Source of the DNA: Bdellovibrio sp. | Lineage (GTDB): Bacteria > Bdellovibrionota > Bdellovibrionia > Bdellovibrionales > Bdellovibrionaceae | Reading direction: 5' to 3' | DNA length: 23,314 nucleotides | NCBI GenBank assembly: GCA_046318155.1 | Contig: JBKCUU010000034.1 | Coordinates: forward strand, 1-23,314 | Shown here: piece after piece, positions 14,690 through 23,314 of the stretch | Layout of the letters: the number at the start of each line of letters is the position of its first letter | Numbering within the stretch: position 1 is the stretch's first letter | The notes under the pieces: generated by a model | Told to the model about the DNA's origin: nothing | Seen by the model: only the letters and a program-made list of their open reading frames with translations | Databases searched by the model: none | Position numbers and translations under genes: made by a program

Positions 14690-16183
14690 TTGAGTTCTGC
14701 CAAGACGGCCCCAAGTGCCAATGAAGTGCGTGTTCGATTTGCTCCGTCTCCCACGGGATATTTGCACGTGGGCGGTGCTCGCACAGCGCTCTACAATTTT
14801 TTGTTCGCTCGCCAGCACCAGGGCAAATTTGTTTTGCGTATTGAGGACACCGACGAGGCCCGCTCGACTGAAGAATCCCTTAAAATGGTGATCGAAGATT
14901 TGCAGTGGTTGGGTCTAACGTGGGACGAGGGACCCGATCCAAAAACGCTGAAAGACATTGGCGATTACGGTCCTTACCGACAAAGCCAACGCCTTGATCT
15001 TTATAAGAAGTATGCCGACGAACTGCTTGCAAGCGGCAAGGCTTACCATTGCTTTTTGAGTGATGCCGAGATCGATACTCAGCGCGAAAAGCTGATGAAA
15101 GAGGGAAAGCCTCCACACGTCGAGAGTCCCTACGCCGATTGGCCCCTGGCGAAAGCTGAAGCCGAAATCAAAGCTGGCAAACAAGGTGTCGTTCGTTTTA
15201 AAACCCGTCACCTTCGCAAAGATTATGTTTTTACTGATCTGGTTCGCGGCGAAGTGAAGTTCCCCTCGGATATGGTCGGTGACTTTGTTTTGCTTCGAAC
15301 GGGCGGCATGCCCGTGTACAACTTCTGTAACGTGGTCGATGACCACCTGATGAAAATCACGCACGTCTTGCGCGCCGAAGAGCATCTCCCCAACACGCTT
15401 CGTCAGCTGATGATTTACGAAGCCATGAGCTGGCCCGAGCCGCAGTTTGGACACTTGTCGCTGATCTTGGATGAAGACCGCAAAAAATTGTCCAAGCGCA
15501 AGGGAGCCACGTCTTGCCATGAGTTCAAAATGGAAGGCTACTTACCTGAGGCGCTCAATAACTTTGTCGCACTTTTGGGTTGGTCGCATCCTGACAGCAA
15601 AGAGGTCATGCCTCTTTCTGAGATGATCGAAAAATTTGGAACCGACCGCTTGCACCCCGCCGGCGCCGTGTTTGATGCGGTTAAGCTAAAGTGGATGAAC
15701 TCGGTTCATTTGCGTGAGCGTTCGAACAAAGACATCTTTGAACTGTTAAAGCCTTTCTTGGACCAAGCAGGACTTGAATTGCCTTCAGATCCTGCATGGC
15801 AAGAAAAGAGCGTCGGTGTTTTTAGAAGCGCCATGGAAACTTTGGTTGAAGCCGCCGAGCTTTACCGTCCTTTGTCCGACAAGGCGTTTGTGGTTCAGCC
15901 CGAAAGCGAAGAGGCTTTGAAGTGGGAGACCTCAAAAGCGGTGATTCAAGCCTGGCGTGATTTGGTGAGTGCGCACCCCCGTGATGAGTTCACCGAAGAA
16001 GAGTTTTCAAAGATTCAAGATCAGGTGAAGGAGAAGTCGGGCGCCAAAGGCAAAAACTTATTCATGCCGGTGCGCGTGGCCGTCATCGGCAAGCCGCATG
16101 GTACGGACCTTAAATTGCTCGTGCCTTTGATGAAAAAATCGTCGCTCGTCAAACGAGCGGATGAGGTCTTGGCACAATTATGA
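14690..16183 (+). CDS. gltX: Glutamate--tRNA ligase
   Basis: 'RVRFAPSPTGYLHVGGARTAL' (HIGH), 'LRIEDTD', 'KLSKR' (KMSKS) and an anticodon domain. TTG 14690 is preceded by GGAGG. Confidence 0.97.
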   Translation: MSSAKTAPSANEVRVRFAPSPTGYLHVGGARTALYNFLFARQHQGKFVLRIEDTDEARSTEESLKMVIEDLQWLGLTWDEGPDPKTLKDIGDYGPYRQSQRLDLYKKYADELLASGKAYHCFLSDAEIDTQREKLMKEGKPPHVESPYADWPLAKAEAEIKAGKQGVVRFKTRHLRKDYVFTDLVRGEVKFPSDMVGDFVLLRTGGMPVYNFCNVVDDHLMKITHVLRAEEHLPNTLRQLMIYEAMSWPEPQFGHLSLILDEDRKKLSKRKGATSCHEFKMEGYLPEALNNFVALLGWSHPDSKEVMPLSEMIEKFGTDRLHPAGAVFDAVKLKWMNSVHLRERSNKDIFELLKPFLDQAGLELPSDPAWQEKSVGVFRSAMETLVEAAELYRPLSDKAFVVQPESEEALKWETSKAVIQAWRDLVSAHPRDEFTEEEFSKIQDQVKEKSGAKGKNLFMPVRVAVIGKPHGTDLKLLVPLMKKSSLVKRADEVLAQL

Positions 16184-17628
16184 GTCTGCAGGTCTACAAC
16201 ACTCTGACTCGGCAAGTAGAAGCTTTTGTTCCGCATGATCCCCAGCAGGTGAAGATGTATTTGTGCGGGCCCACTGTCTACGGTCTCTTGCACGTGGGAA
16301 ATTTTCGTGGACCCATTTTTTTTAATTTGGTCCGCAACTGGCTTGAATTTATTGGTTACAAAGTGACCTTCGTTTACAACTTTACCGATGTCGATGATCG
16401 GATCATCGAGCAATCCCGGGTTGAAGGCCTTGCTGCGGGCGAGGTGGCCGAGCGCTACATTGCCGAGTTTAAGACTGACTTTAACCGGCTTAAATTGCGG
16501 CCGCATGATCTCAATCCAAAGGTCACAGAGACCATGCCCGAGATTATTTCGATGGTCGGCGAACTCATTGAAAAAGGAAAAGCGTACGCCGTCAAAGGCG
16601 ACGTGAACTTTTTGATCAGCGATTTTCCTGGTTATGGCAAACTGTCTAACCGTAAAACTGAAGACATGATGACCGCCGTTCGCATCGAGCGTGATGCCGA
16701 TAAAAAAGGGCCTCTTGACTTTGCCCTCTGGAAGTCAGCCAAGCCGGGTGAGCCCGCCTGGACGTCGCCTTGGGGCGATGGTCGTCCTGGTTGGCACATC
16801 GAGTGCTCGGCGATGATCCGCAAGCATTTGGGCGATCAGATTGATATTCATGGCGGTGGTTTGGATTTGGTTTTTCCTCATCACGAAAATGAAATTGCGC
16901 AGAGCGAAGGCTGCTCGGGCCACACCTTTGTTAAGTATTGGATGCACAACAACATGATCAACTTTGGTGGCTCGAAAATGAGCAAGTCCTTAGGCAACAT
17001 CATGCGTGGCCGCGAGTTCATGGATTTGTACAACGCCGAAATTTTAAAATTTATGATGTGCAGTGCGCACTATCGCAGCGTTTTGGACTTCTCTGATGAA
17101 GCCGTCGAAAATGCGACCAAGGGTCTGGCGCGCATCTATTCGGCCCTGGCACTGGCGGAATCTTTAGTCACCAGCTCCGCAGAAGTCGATGCGGCGTTTG
17201 AAAAAATCTGCACCGAGGCTTGGACTCAAATTGAAGTCGCCATGAACAATGATTTTGGCACGCCCGAGGCCCTGGCAAGAATTTATGAAGTCATCCGCCA
17301 CTTCAATACCGTTGTGAAGCGCGGAATGAAGACGAATCCCAATGTTGCGGGCAAATCTTTGTCGCTTATCAGCTTTGTTAAGAAGTTTGGGGCCCTGATG
17401 TCGCTCTTTCAAGAGCCTCCGGCTGCTTTTTTGAAGTCACTAGACGACATGCTTCTTGCGAAGATGAAAGTGGACCCTCTATTGGTCCAAACGCTGGTCG
17501 ATCAGCGGTCAGCAGCCCGGAGCGCAAAAGACTTCGCTAAGTCCGATGAGCTCCGCAAGACATTGACCGAGATGGGCATCTCGGTCTTGGATCTTCCAGA
17601 GGGGTCATTTTGGGAAGTCACAAAGTAG
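16180..17628 (+). CDS. cysS: Cysteine--tRNA ligase
   Basis: Motifs '[16 protein letters not shown]', '[12 protein letters not shown]', '[17 protein letters not shown]' and 'KMSKSLGN'. ATGA overlap with gltX. Confidence 0.98.
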   Translation: MSLQVYNTLTRQVEAFVPHDPQQVKMYLCGPTVYGLLHVGNFRGPIFFNLVRNWLEFIGYKVTFVYNFTDVDDRIIEQSRVEGLAAGEVAERYIAEFKTDFNRLKLRPHDLNPKVTETMPEIISMVGELIEKGKAYAVKGDVNFLISDFPGYGKLSNRKTEDMMTAVRIERDADKKGPLDFALWKSAKPGEPAWTSPWGDGRPGWHIECSAMIRKHLGDQIDIHGGGLDLVFPHHENEIAQSEGCSGHTFVKYWMHNNMINFGGSKMSKSLGNIMRGREFMDLYNAEILKFMMCSAHYRSVLDFSDEAVENATKGLARIYSALALAESLVTSSAEVDAAFEKICTEAWTQIEVAMNNDFGTPEALARIYEVIRHFNTVVKRGMKTNPNVAGKSLSLISFVKKFGALMSLFQEPPAAFLKSLDDMLLAKMKVDPLLVQTLVDQRSAARSAKDFAKSDELRKTLTEMGISVLDLPEGSFWEVTK

Positions 17629-19703
17629 ATCGCAAAGAAAACAAAAAACGTTTTCAGCTGTCGACCACGATGAAGCCCGCCGGCGATCAGCCTAAAGCGA
17701 TCGAAGAGATGGTCTCGGGCTTTCGGGCCGGTCTCAATCATCAAACCTTGCTCGGTGTGACGGGGTCCGGAAAAACCTTTTCGATGGCCAACGTGATCCA
17801 GCAAATGGGGGAGCCAGCTCTCGTGCTTGCACCAAATAAGACTTTGGCCGCTCAGCTGTACTCGGAGTTTAAAGAACTTTTTCCGAAAAATGCGGTCGAG
17901 TACTTTGTTTCTTATTACGACTACTACCAGCCTGAAGCCTACATCCCAACGACCGACACGTTTATCGAGAAAGACTCGGCCATCAACGAGCAGATCGATA
18001 AAATGCGCCACTCGGCCACCAGATCTTTGTTTGATCGCAAAGATGTCATCATTGTGTCTTCGGTCTCGTGCATTTATGGTTTGGGCAGTCCCGAGGCCTA
18101 TGAGGGCATGATGGTTCACGTGGTGGGCGGCACTGAAATGCGCCGCGATCATTTGCTGCGTGAGCTGATTCGCATTCAATACAGCCGTAACAACGTCGAT
18201 TTTCACCGCGGGACCTTTCGCGTTCGCGGCGATGTCGTCGAAGTGTTTCCGTCTTACGAGGATGACCGCGCCATTCGCATCGAATTTTTTGGCGACTTCA
18301 TCGAGAAGATTTCCTGGATTGATCCGCTCTTAGGAGAGGTGCTCGAAGAACTGGACCAAGTGGGAATTTACCCCGGATCGCACTATGTCACTGAAGACGA
18401 CAAAATGAAGCGCGCGATCGGAACCATTCGCGATGAGCTGCGCGACCGGCTCGGCGAATTTCAAAAAGACATGAAGTTTTTGGAAGCGCAGCGGATTGAG
18501 CAGCGCACGCTTTATGACATTGAGATGATCGAGCAGATGGGCTTTTGCCCAGGGATCGAGAACTACTCGCGCCATATGACGGGCCGCGGACCGGGCGAAG
18601 CGCCTCCCACTTTATTGGAATACTTTCCGAAGAATTTTATGACGTTTATTGATGAGTCCCACATCACCGTGCCGCAAATCGGGGCGATGTACCGCGGGGA
18701 CCGGATGCGCAAATCAACGCTGGTTGAACATGGGTTTCGCTTGCCCTCGGCGCTCGACAACCGACCATTGAATTTTCAAGAGTTTGAGCAAATGATGGAC
18801 AAGGTCGTCTACGTTTCGGCAACTCCAGGTCCTTACGAGCTCAAAAAATCCGAAGGGATTATTGTCGAACAGATTATCAGGCCCACGGGTCTGATTGATC
18901 CTCAAGTCGAAGTCAGGCCGGTCAAACATCAGGTTGATGACATCTTAAAAGAAATCCGTGAGCGCATTCCCAGAAAAGAACGGGTTTTGATCACGACTTT
19001 GACCAAACGAAGTGCTGAGGATTTGACCGAGTATTATGAATCTCTTGGTATCAAGATCAAGTATCTGCACTCGGACATCGTCACGATGGAGCGGACCGAG
19101 ATCATCCGAGACTTGCGATTAGGCGTGTTTGACGTTTTAGTTGGCATCAACTTGCTTCGAGAGGGTTTGGATATTCCTGAGGTTTCGCTGGTGGCGATTA
19201 CGGACGCCGACAAAGAAGGCTTCTTGCGCTCGGAGCGTTCGTTAATTCAAACGATTGGCCGGGCCGCGCGAAACGTTCACGGCAGGGTTTTGCTCTATGC
19301 CGATCGTGTGACCGACTCGATGAAAAAAGCCATGGACGAGACCGGCCGACGGCGCACGATCCAGCATGCTCACAATATTGAACACGGCATCACGCCAGCG
19401 ACGATTAAAAAACGCATCAACGAGGGCCTGGGCGAAATGTTTGATGGCAATGTCCGCACACCCATTGGCAAAGAACAAACGGCCTCGCAAATCAATTTTG
19501 AAAAGTTTAGCGCCAAGCCCGAGGGTATTCAAAAAGAGATCGAGAAGCTGCGTGGTAAAATGCGCAAAGCTGCTCAGGGTCTTGAGTTTGAAGAAGCGGC
19601 GAAGCTTCGCGATGAAATTAAACGCCTGGAGATTTTGGATTTGAGCGCAAAGTCAGGCGAGGTCGAAAAAGATTCGGCTAAGATTCAAGATGGGGCCGGA
19701 TGA
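17610..19703 (+). CDS. uvrB: Excinuclease ABC subunit B
   Basis: Motifs 'PAGDQP', 'GVTGSGKT', '[13 protein letters not shown]', 'DESH', '[13 protein letters not shown]' and the C-terminal UVR coil '[11 protein letters not shown]'. The TTG start overlaps the cysS end. Confidence 0.98.
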   Translation: MGSHKVDRKENKKRFQLSTTMKPAGDQPKAIEEMVSGFRAGLNHQTLLGVTGSGKTFSMANVIQQMGEPALVLAPNKTLAAQLYSEFKELFPKNAVEYFVSYYDYYQPEAYIPTTDTFIEKDSAINEQIDKMRHSATRSLFDRKDVIIVSSVSCIYGLGSPEAYEGMMVHVVGGTEMRRDHLLRELIRIQYSRNNVDFHRGTFRVRGDVVEVFPSYEDDRAIRIEFFGDFIEKISWIDPLLGEVLEELDQVGIYPGSHYVTEDDKMKRAIGTIRDELRDRLGEFQKDMKFLEAQRIEQRTLYDIEMIEQMGFCPGIENYSRHMTGRGPGEAPPTLLEYFPKNFMTFIDESHITVPQIGAMYRGDRMRKSTLVEHGFRLPSALDNRPLNFQEFEQMMDKVVYVSATPGPYELKKSEGIIVEQIIRPTGLIDPQVEVRPVKHQVDDILKEIRERIPRKERVLITTLTKRSAEDLTEYYESLGIKIKYLHSDIVTMERTEIIRDLRLGVFDVLVGINLLREGLDIPEVSLVAITDADKEGFLRSERSLIQTIGRAARNVHGRVLLYADRVTDSMKKAMDETGRRRTIQHAHNIEHGITPATIKKRINEGLGEMFDGNVRTPIGKEQTASQINFEKFSAKPEGIQKEIEKLRGKMRKAAQGLEFEEAAKLRDEIKRLEILDLSAKSGEVEKDSAKIQDGAG

Positions 19704-21658
19704 CCGACGACGCTGGCGAAAAACCATCAGCACCAGAGCTTGAAATCTCGGTGTTAAGCCGGGTCGAGCAATTGCGTGAGCGCGTGCGTGGTTATCCCAC
19801 GCAGCCGGGCATTTATTTGATGAAGTCGGCCGCTGACAAAATCATTTACGTCGGTAAAGCCAAGAACTTAAAAAACCGCGTGCGAAGCTACTTTACTGAA
19901 GCCGGGGATCATACGCCCAAGACGAAGCTCTTGGTTCGCCATATTCATGAAGTGGATTATATCCTCACCAAAACTGAGGTCGAAGCTTTCTTGCTCGAAG
20001 CGTCGCTGATTAAGAAGCACCGACCAAAATACAATATCCGGCTTAAAGACGACAAGTCCTACCCTTACATTAAAATTTCATGGAAAGACGACTTTCCACG
20101 CCTCTACTTGGCCCGCAAGGTAAAGAAAGACGGCGGACTTTATTTTGGCCCGTATACCAGCGGCGGCGCCGTCCACGGAACGATTCGCTTTTTGAATCGC
20201 ACGTTTCAGATACGAGATTGTACTGATGCGGTTTTTAAGGCGCGGACGCGCCCTTGTATGACCCACCAGATCGGACGCTGTACGGCTCCCTGCGTGAACC
20301 TCATCACGCGCGAAGATTATCGTGACGATTTAGACGGCGCGCGCTCGTTCTTAAAGGGACAGGATAAAAAAGTTTTGAAATCGCTCAAAGAGCGGATGCA
20401 GGAAGCGTCCGAGCAGGAGCGCTTTGAAGTCGCAGCGCGCCTCAGAGACTCGATTCAGTCCATCAAAGCGATCCTCGAGAAACAATCGGTCATCAACGCC
20501 TCCATGGATGATGATCAAGATGCGATCGGATTCTTTGGCGATGACCGTGGCACATTGATTGAAACCTTGCACGTGCGTCAGGGGCGGGTCTTGGGCACTC
20601 GCGCTCATTATCTGCCAATGCTGGACGCTTCTGATCTGACCGAAGATCCGCGCGAGTGGTTGGTGTCGTTTATCAATCAGTATTACGAAGACAATATCAT
20701 CCCGGATCAAATTTTGCTGCCGCTTGATATTGGCCAAGACCTCACAAAACTTTTTGAGGCTGTCTTGAATGAGCGCTCGGGGCGAGAGGTCAATGTTCGT
20801 TTTGCAGTCAGTGAGAAGAGCCGCTCTCTTGTCGACATGGCCAATGAAAATGCCAAATCGCATTTTGAAAAGTACGTGAATAAATCCGAAGAAAAGCGCC
20901 GCGGCCTCGAAGAAATTCAAACCAAGCTCAATCTGCCAGGTCTGCCAACGCGGATCGAGTGCTATGACATTTCGACCTTCCAGGGCTCAGAAACCGTCGC
21001 GTCGCAAGTTGTGTTTGAAGACGGTGTGCCCGCAAAAGAACATTACCGCCGCTATAAAATCAAAACCGTCGAAGGCACCAATGACTTTGCATCGATGACC
21101 GAAGTCTTGTCGCGCCGGTTTGCTCATAAAGAGTATGAAGATCCAGACTTAATCGTCATCGATGGCGGTAAAGGGCAGTTGGGCGTTGCGATGAAAGTTC
21201 TTGAAGATTTAGGGCGCACAGATCTTGCTGTTGTTGGTTTGGCCAAAGCCCGAACGGCGCGCGATTTTGAATCTCCTGATGTGGCGGCCACTGAAGAGCG
21301 ATTTTTCTTACCGGGCCGGGCCAATCCGGTCTTGTTCAAGCCCAACACAGACGCTTTTCATATCTTAGTCGGCATTCGTGATGAGGCCCACCGTTTTGCC
21401 ATCACCTACCACCGCAAGCTGCGTGAGGCGACCTCGCTTGAAAGTGAGCTGGATTTGGTTGTGGGCCTTGGCGAAAAACGCAAAAAAGATTTGCTTAAAA
21501 AGTTTCCCAGTGTCGAAGCGATCCGGGCGGCCTCGGCCGACGAGATTGCCGAGATCAAGGGATTTAACCGGGTCTTGGCCGAGAGAATTTTGTTGCAACT
21601 GAATGAAGCGGGTGATGGGACTGAGGACATTCCAGCCGAAGGCATGGGTGTCTCATAG
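19700..21658 (+). CDS. uvrC: Excinuclease ABC subunit C
   Basis: GIY-YIG domain 'PGIYLM...[18 protein letters not shown]', Cys cluster, UVR coil, RNase H-like 'IECYDIS' and 'IDGGKGQL', 'RDEAHRFAI' and HhH. ATGA overlap with uvrB. Confidence 0.98.
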   Translation: MTDDAGEKPSAPELEISVLSRVEQLRERVRGYPTQPGIYLMKSAADKIIYVGKAKNLKNRVRSYFTEAGDHTPKTKLLVRHIHEVDYILTKTEVEAFLLEASLIKKHRPKYNIRLKDDKSYPYIKISWKDDFPRLYLARKVKKDGGLYFGPYTSGGAVHGTIRFLNRTFQIRDCTDAVFKARTRPCMTHQIGRCTAPCVNLITREDYRDDLDGARSFLKGQDKKVLKSLKERMQEASEQERFEVAARLRDSIQSIKAILEKQSVINASMDDDQDAIGFFGDDRGTLIETLHVRQGRVLGTRAHYLPMLDASDLTEDPREWLVSFINQYYEDNIIPDQILLPLDIGQDLTKLFEAVLNERSGREVNVRFAVSEKSRSLVDMANENAKSHFEKYVNKSEEKRRGLEEIQTKLNLPGLPTRIECYDISTFQGSETVASQVVFEDGVPAKEHYRRYKIKTVEGTNDFASMTEVLSRRFAHKEYEDPDLIVIDGGKGQLGVAMKVLEDLGRTDLAVVGLAKARTARDFESPDVAATEERFFLPGRANPVLFKPNTDAFHILVGIRDEAHRFAITYHRKLREATSLESELDLVVGLGEKRKKDLLKKFPSVEAIRAASADEIAEIKGFNRVLAERILLQLNEAGDGTEDIPAEGMGVS

Positions 21659-21690
21659 TCTTTTAAAAAATGAAAGCGATTGAGGGCGTT

Positions 21691-21897
21691 CTATTGCTCG
21701 GTGTGCATTTCGGTGCGGATCTCAAGGTCGCACTCCGTGCAACGGGCTTTTTCGATCAAGTGCAGAGTCGTGGGACCGGGGCCCAATTCAAACTCCAGTT
21801 TTGCGTCGCAGAGCGGGCAGTTGTGTTGGCTCTTTTTATAAGCCTCATGACGTTCGATGTCGGCTTCGGGCTTGATATTGATTCTAAAAATTTCCAT
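21691..21897 (-). CDS. Small zinc-ribbon protein (CxxC...CxxC), function unknown
   Basis: 68 aa with CPLC and CTEC. Strong GGAGG SD. Fills the gap between uvrC and the next gene. Confidence 0.75.
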   Translation of the reverse strand: MEIFRINIKPEADIERHEAYKKSQHNCPLCDAKLEFELGPGPTTLHLIEKARCTECDLEIRTEMHTEQ

Positions 21898-21932
21898 TTG
21901 TCCTCCACCGGTTCAACTGGGGCGCAAGAGAC

Positions 21933-21960
21933 TCTTCGGCAGAGTCTTGTTTCAGCTTGA
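21933..21960 (-). promoter_or_regulatory. Putative sigma28 (FliA) promoter of the zinc-ribbon gene
   Basis: Minus strand TCAAG-N15-GCCGAAGA resembles the sigma28 consensus T(A/C)AA(G)-N15/16-GCCGATAA and lies 35 nt upstream of the ATG. Confidence 0.5.
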
Positions 21961-22013
21961 GACTGGACATTTCTTTCTGGACCTTCTGGGGCCTGACGGG
22001 TAATCCCTTATCC

Positions 22014-22457
22014 ATGGGTTGGGACAAATATTTCACAGACGTCTTAGGGGTTTCCGAAATCGTGATGCCGGTGCGCGAGGTTTTCGCGCAAGCCTCACGG
22101 AGCGAACTCTCAAGCGAACGTCTTTTGTTTTTAGGACTTCAAGAATCCACGCCTTTGCTAGAGCTCGGAATTTTTCAAAAAATGCTGCTCGCCATGAAGC
22201 TGGAGTTTGGTGAGTTTGCGGTTTGGGAAATGTCGGTGCTCGAACTTTCGACCCAAGAAAAACAAATCCCGTCGGGGATCGTGGTTGTGAGTTTTGCGCC
22301 TGCGATCACCGAATTTTTGCGTCAACAGCGTCCTCAGTTGCAGTTGATTTCGACCTCCCATCCTCTCGCGTGCCTCGAAAAGCCGCAGCTCAAAAAGCAG
22401 GTCTGGGAAGATCTGAAAAAAGCACTCAGCGACGCTGGACTTTCAGATAGGCTTTAG
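22014..22457 (+). CDS. Degenerate uracil-DNA glycosylase (family 4)-like protein
   Basis: C-terminal 'STSHPLACLEKPQLKKQVWEDLKK' matches the UDG-F4 T.HP..LL..P..K...W.DL pattern, and 'FQKMLLAMKL' matches the L.kML.A.gL helix. Start placed at ATG 22014. Confidence 0.6.
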   Translation: MGWDKYFTDVLGVSEIVMPVREVFAQASRSELSSERLLFLGLQESTPLLELGIFQKMLLAMKLEFGEFAVWEMSVLELSTQEKQIPSGIVVVSFAPAITEFLRQQRPQLQLISTSHPLACLEKPQLKKQVWEDLKKALSDAGLSDRL

Positions 22458-22538
22458 CCCTTGGCCTTCGGGCGAGCTGATTTCGTCCCCAAATTTTGGT
22501 TTTATTAAGAGTCACCGTGCACGGATGTTGGGGGCTGC

Positions 22539-23314
22539 TTGAAATGGACTGAATTTCGTTCGTCTTTGCCATCTTCTTTGTCCCCCGTCTCTCGAGTTTT
22601 CGTCATCGCAGGCCTGAGTCTGTTTGCAATCTTGATGGGACCTGTTTCGTCGATGGGCGCAGTTCCGAAGGCGACGCCCAATTGGAAACAAGAAATTGAA
22701 AAACCCGTTCGCGTCCGTCTGGCGACAAGTTTAAATAAAATTGTCCTACAAGGTTTTGGCCTCAAGGTGCAAGGCCAAGTTGGTCCTTATCAACCTGTGG
22801 CCGTGGGCCGTATGGGCACCTTGGAAATCGACCGGGTGAAAACCGAAGTGGGCTGGTTTTGGCGCATCAAAAAGACCGAGGCCGGCAGCGAAAAGTTTGA
22901 ACTTAAAAAAGCAACCAGCCTCGTGGTCGAGGGAAATGAGCTTCGCAAAGGCACACAAGATCTTCCAGAACGCCTCGTGCTGACAAGTCTGTACAAAGGT
23001 TTTGATCTGGTCGGCGTTCTTGCGATTGAAAATTATCTGGTGGGTGTTTTGTCGAGCGAGATGCCGCTCACCTGGCCGATGGAGGCCTTGAAATCACAAG
23101 CTGTTGCGGCAAGGTCTTACACGCTGGCGGTGATGCGCGAGCGCCGCCATCTGCATTACGATGTTGAAAGCACAATTCTGGATCAGGTGTTCAATCACGT
23201 TTCGCGAAGGCTTGATAGCGACAAGATGATCGGCAAAGCCCGAAGAGCTGTCGAAGAGACCACGGGCGTCGTTTTACTTAATCAAAAGAGCCAAGTGGCC
23301 AAAGCGTTTTACCA
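22539..23314 (+). CDS. SpoIID/LytB domain protein (putative peptidoglycan lytic transglycosylase), 5' part; runs off the right edge
   Basis: Not in the ORF track. Open frame from TTG 22539 with an N-terminal hydrophobic segment and the SpoIID core 'IENYLVGVLSSEMPLTWPMEALKSQAVAARSY...YDVESTILDQVF...AVEETTG'. Confidence 0.9.
   Translation, partial: MKWTEFRSSLPSSLSPVSRVFVIAGLSLFAILMGPVSSMGAVPKATPNWKQEIEKPVRVRLATSLNKIVLQGFGLKVQGQVGPYQPVAVGRMGTLEIDRVKTEVGWFWRIKKTEAGSEKFELKKATSLVVEGNELRKGTQDLPERLVLTSLYKGFDLVGVLAIENYLVGVLSSEMPLTWPMEALKSQAVAARSYTLAVMRERRHLHYDVESTILDQVFNHVSRRLDSDKMIGKARRAVEETTGVVLLNQKSQVAKAFY

Noticed and set aside
14915..20920. Long antisense ORFs inside gltX, cysS, uvrB and uvrC (for example 14915-15520, 17502-18206, 20351-20920)
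   Set aside because: Typical shadow frames of conserved genes.
22455..22505. GCC-TTCG-GGC mini-hairpin and T-rich run after the UDG-like gene
   Set aside because: The stem is only 3 bp and separated from the T run, too weak to call a terminator.
1..23314. CRISPR arrays, tRNA/rRNA genes, intact transposases or defence systems
   Set aside because: No regularly spaced repeats, cloverleaf motifs or corresponding protein motifs were seen by eye.

Overview
This window is mostly bacterial chromosomal backbone. Protein features and gene order suggest a Bdellovibrionota-like organism (inference from recalled homologues; no search was run). Gene order: partial OsmC-family gene, six-hairpin glycosidase, an Nfu scaffold plus ABC-2 exporter operon, class I aldolase, lysS, a rhodanese-fold lipoprotein, a secreted Cys-repeat protein, an HD-GYP phosphodiesterase, recG, a ~2.1 kb lower-GC accessory islet, carD, gltX-cysS-uvrB-uvrC, a small zinc-ribbon protein, a degenerate UDG-like protein and a partial SpoIID/LytB-domain gene. 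No rRNA, tRNA, CRISPR array or intact transposase/integrase was seen. Highlights: (1) an orphan FlgC (flagellar rod) homologue in the islet that has gained a Sec-like signal peptide and four mature cysteines, lost its C-terminal tail, and sits behind a perfect extended -10 promoter upstream of a beta-propeller lipoprotein; (2) a ~140-nt rod-like hairpin followed by a perfect Shine-Dalgarno sequence with no gene; (3) an HD-GYP enzyme with RxxN instead of Rxx(K/R), suggesting 3'3'-cGAMP preference; (4) two apparent pseudo-enzymes (Cys-less rhodanese, truncated UDG).
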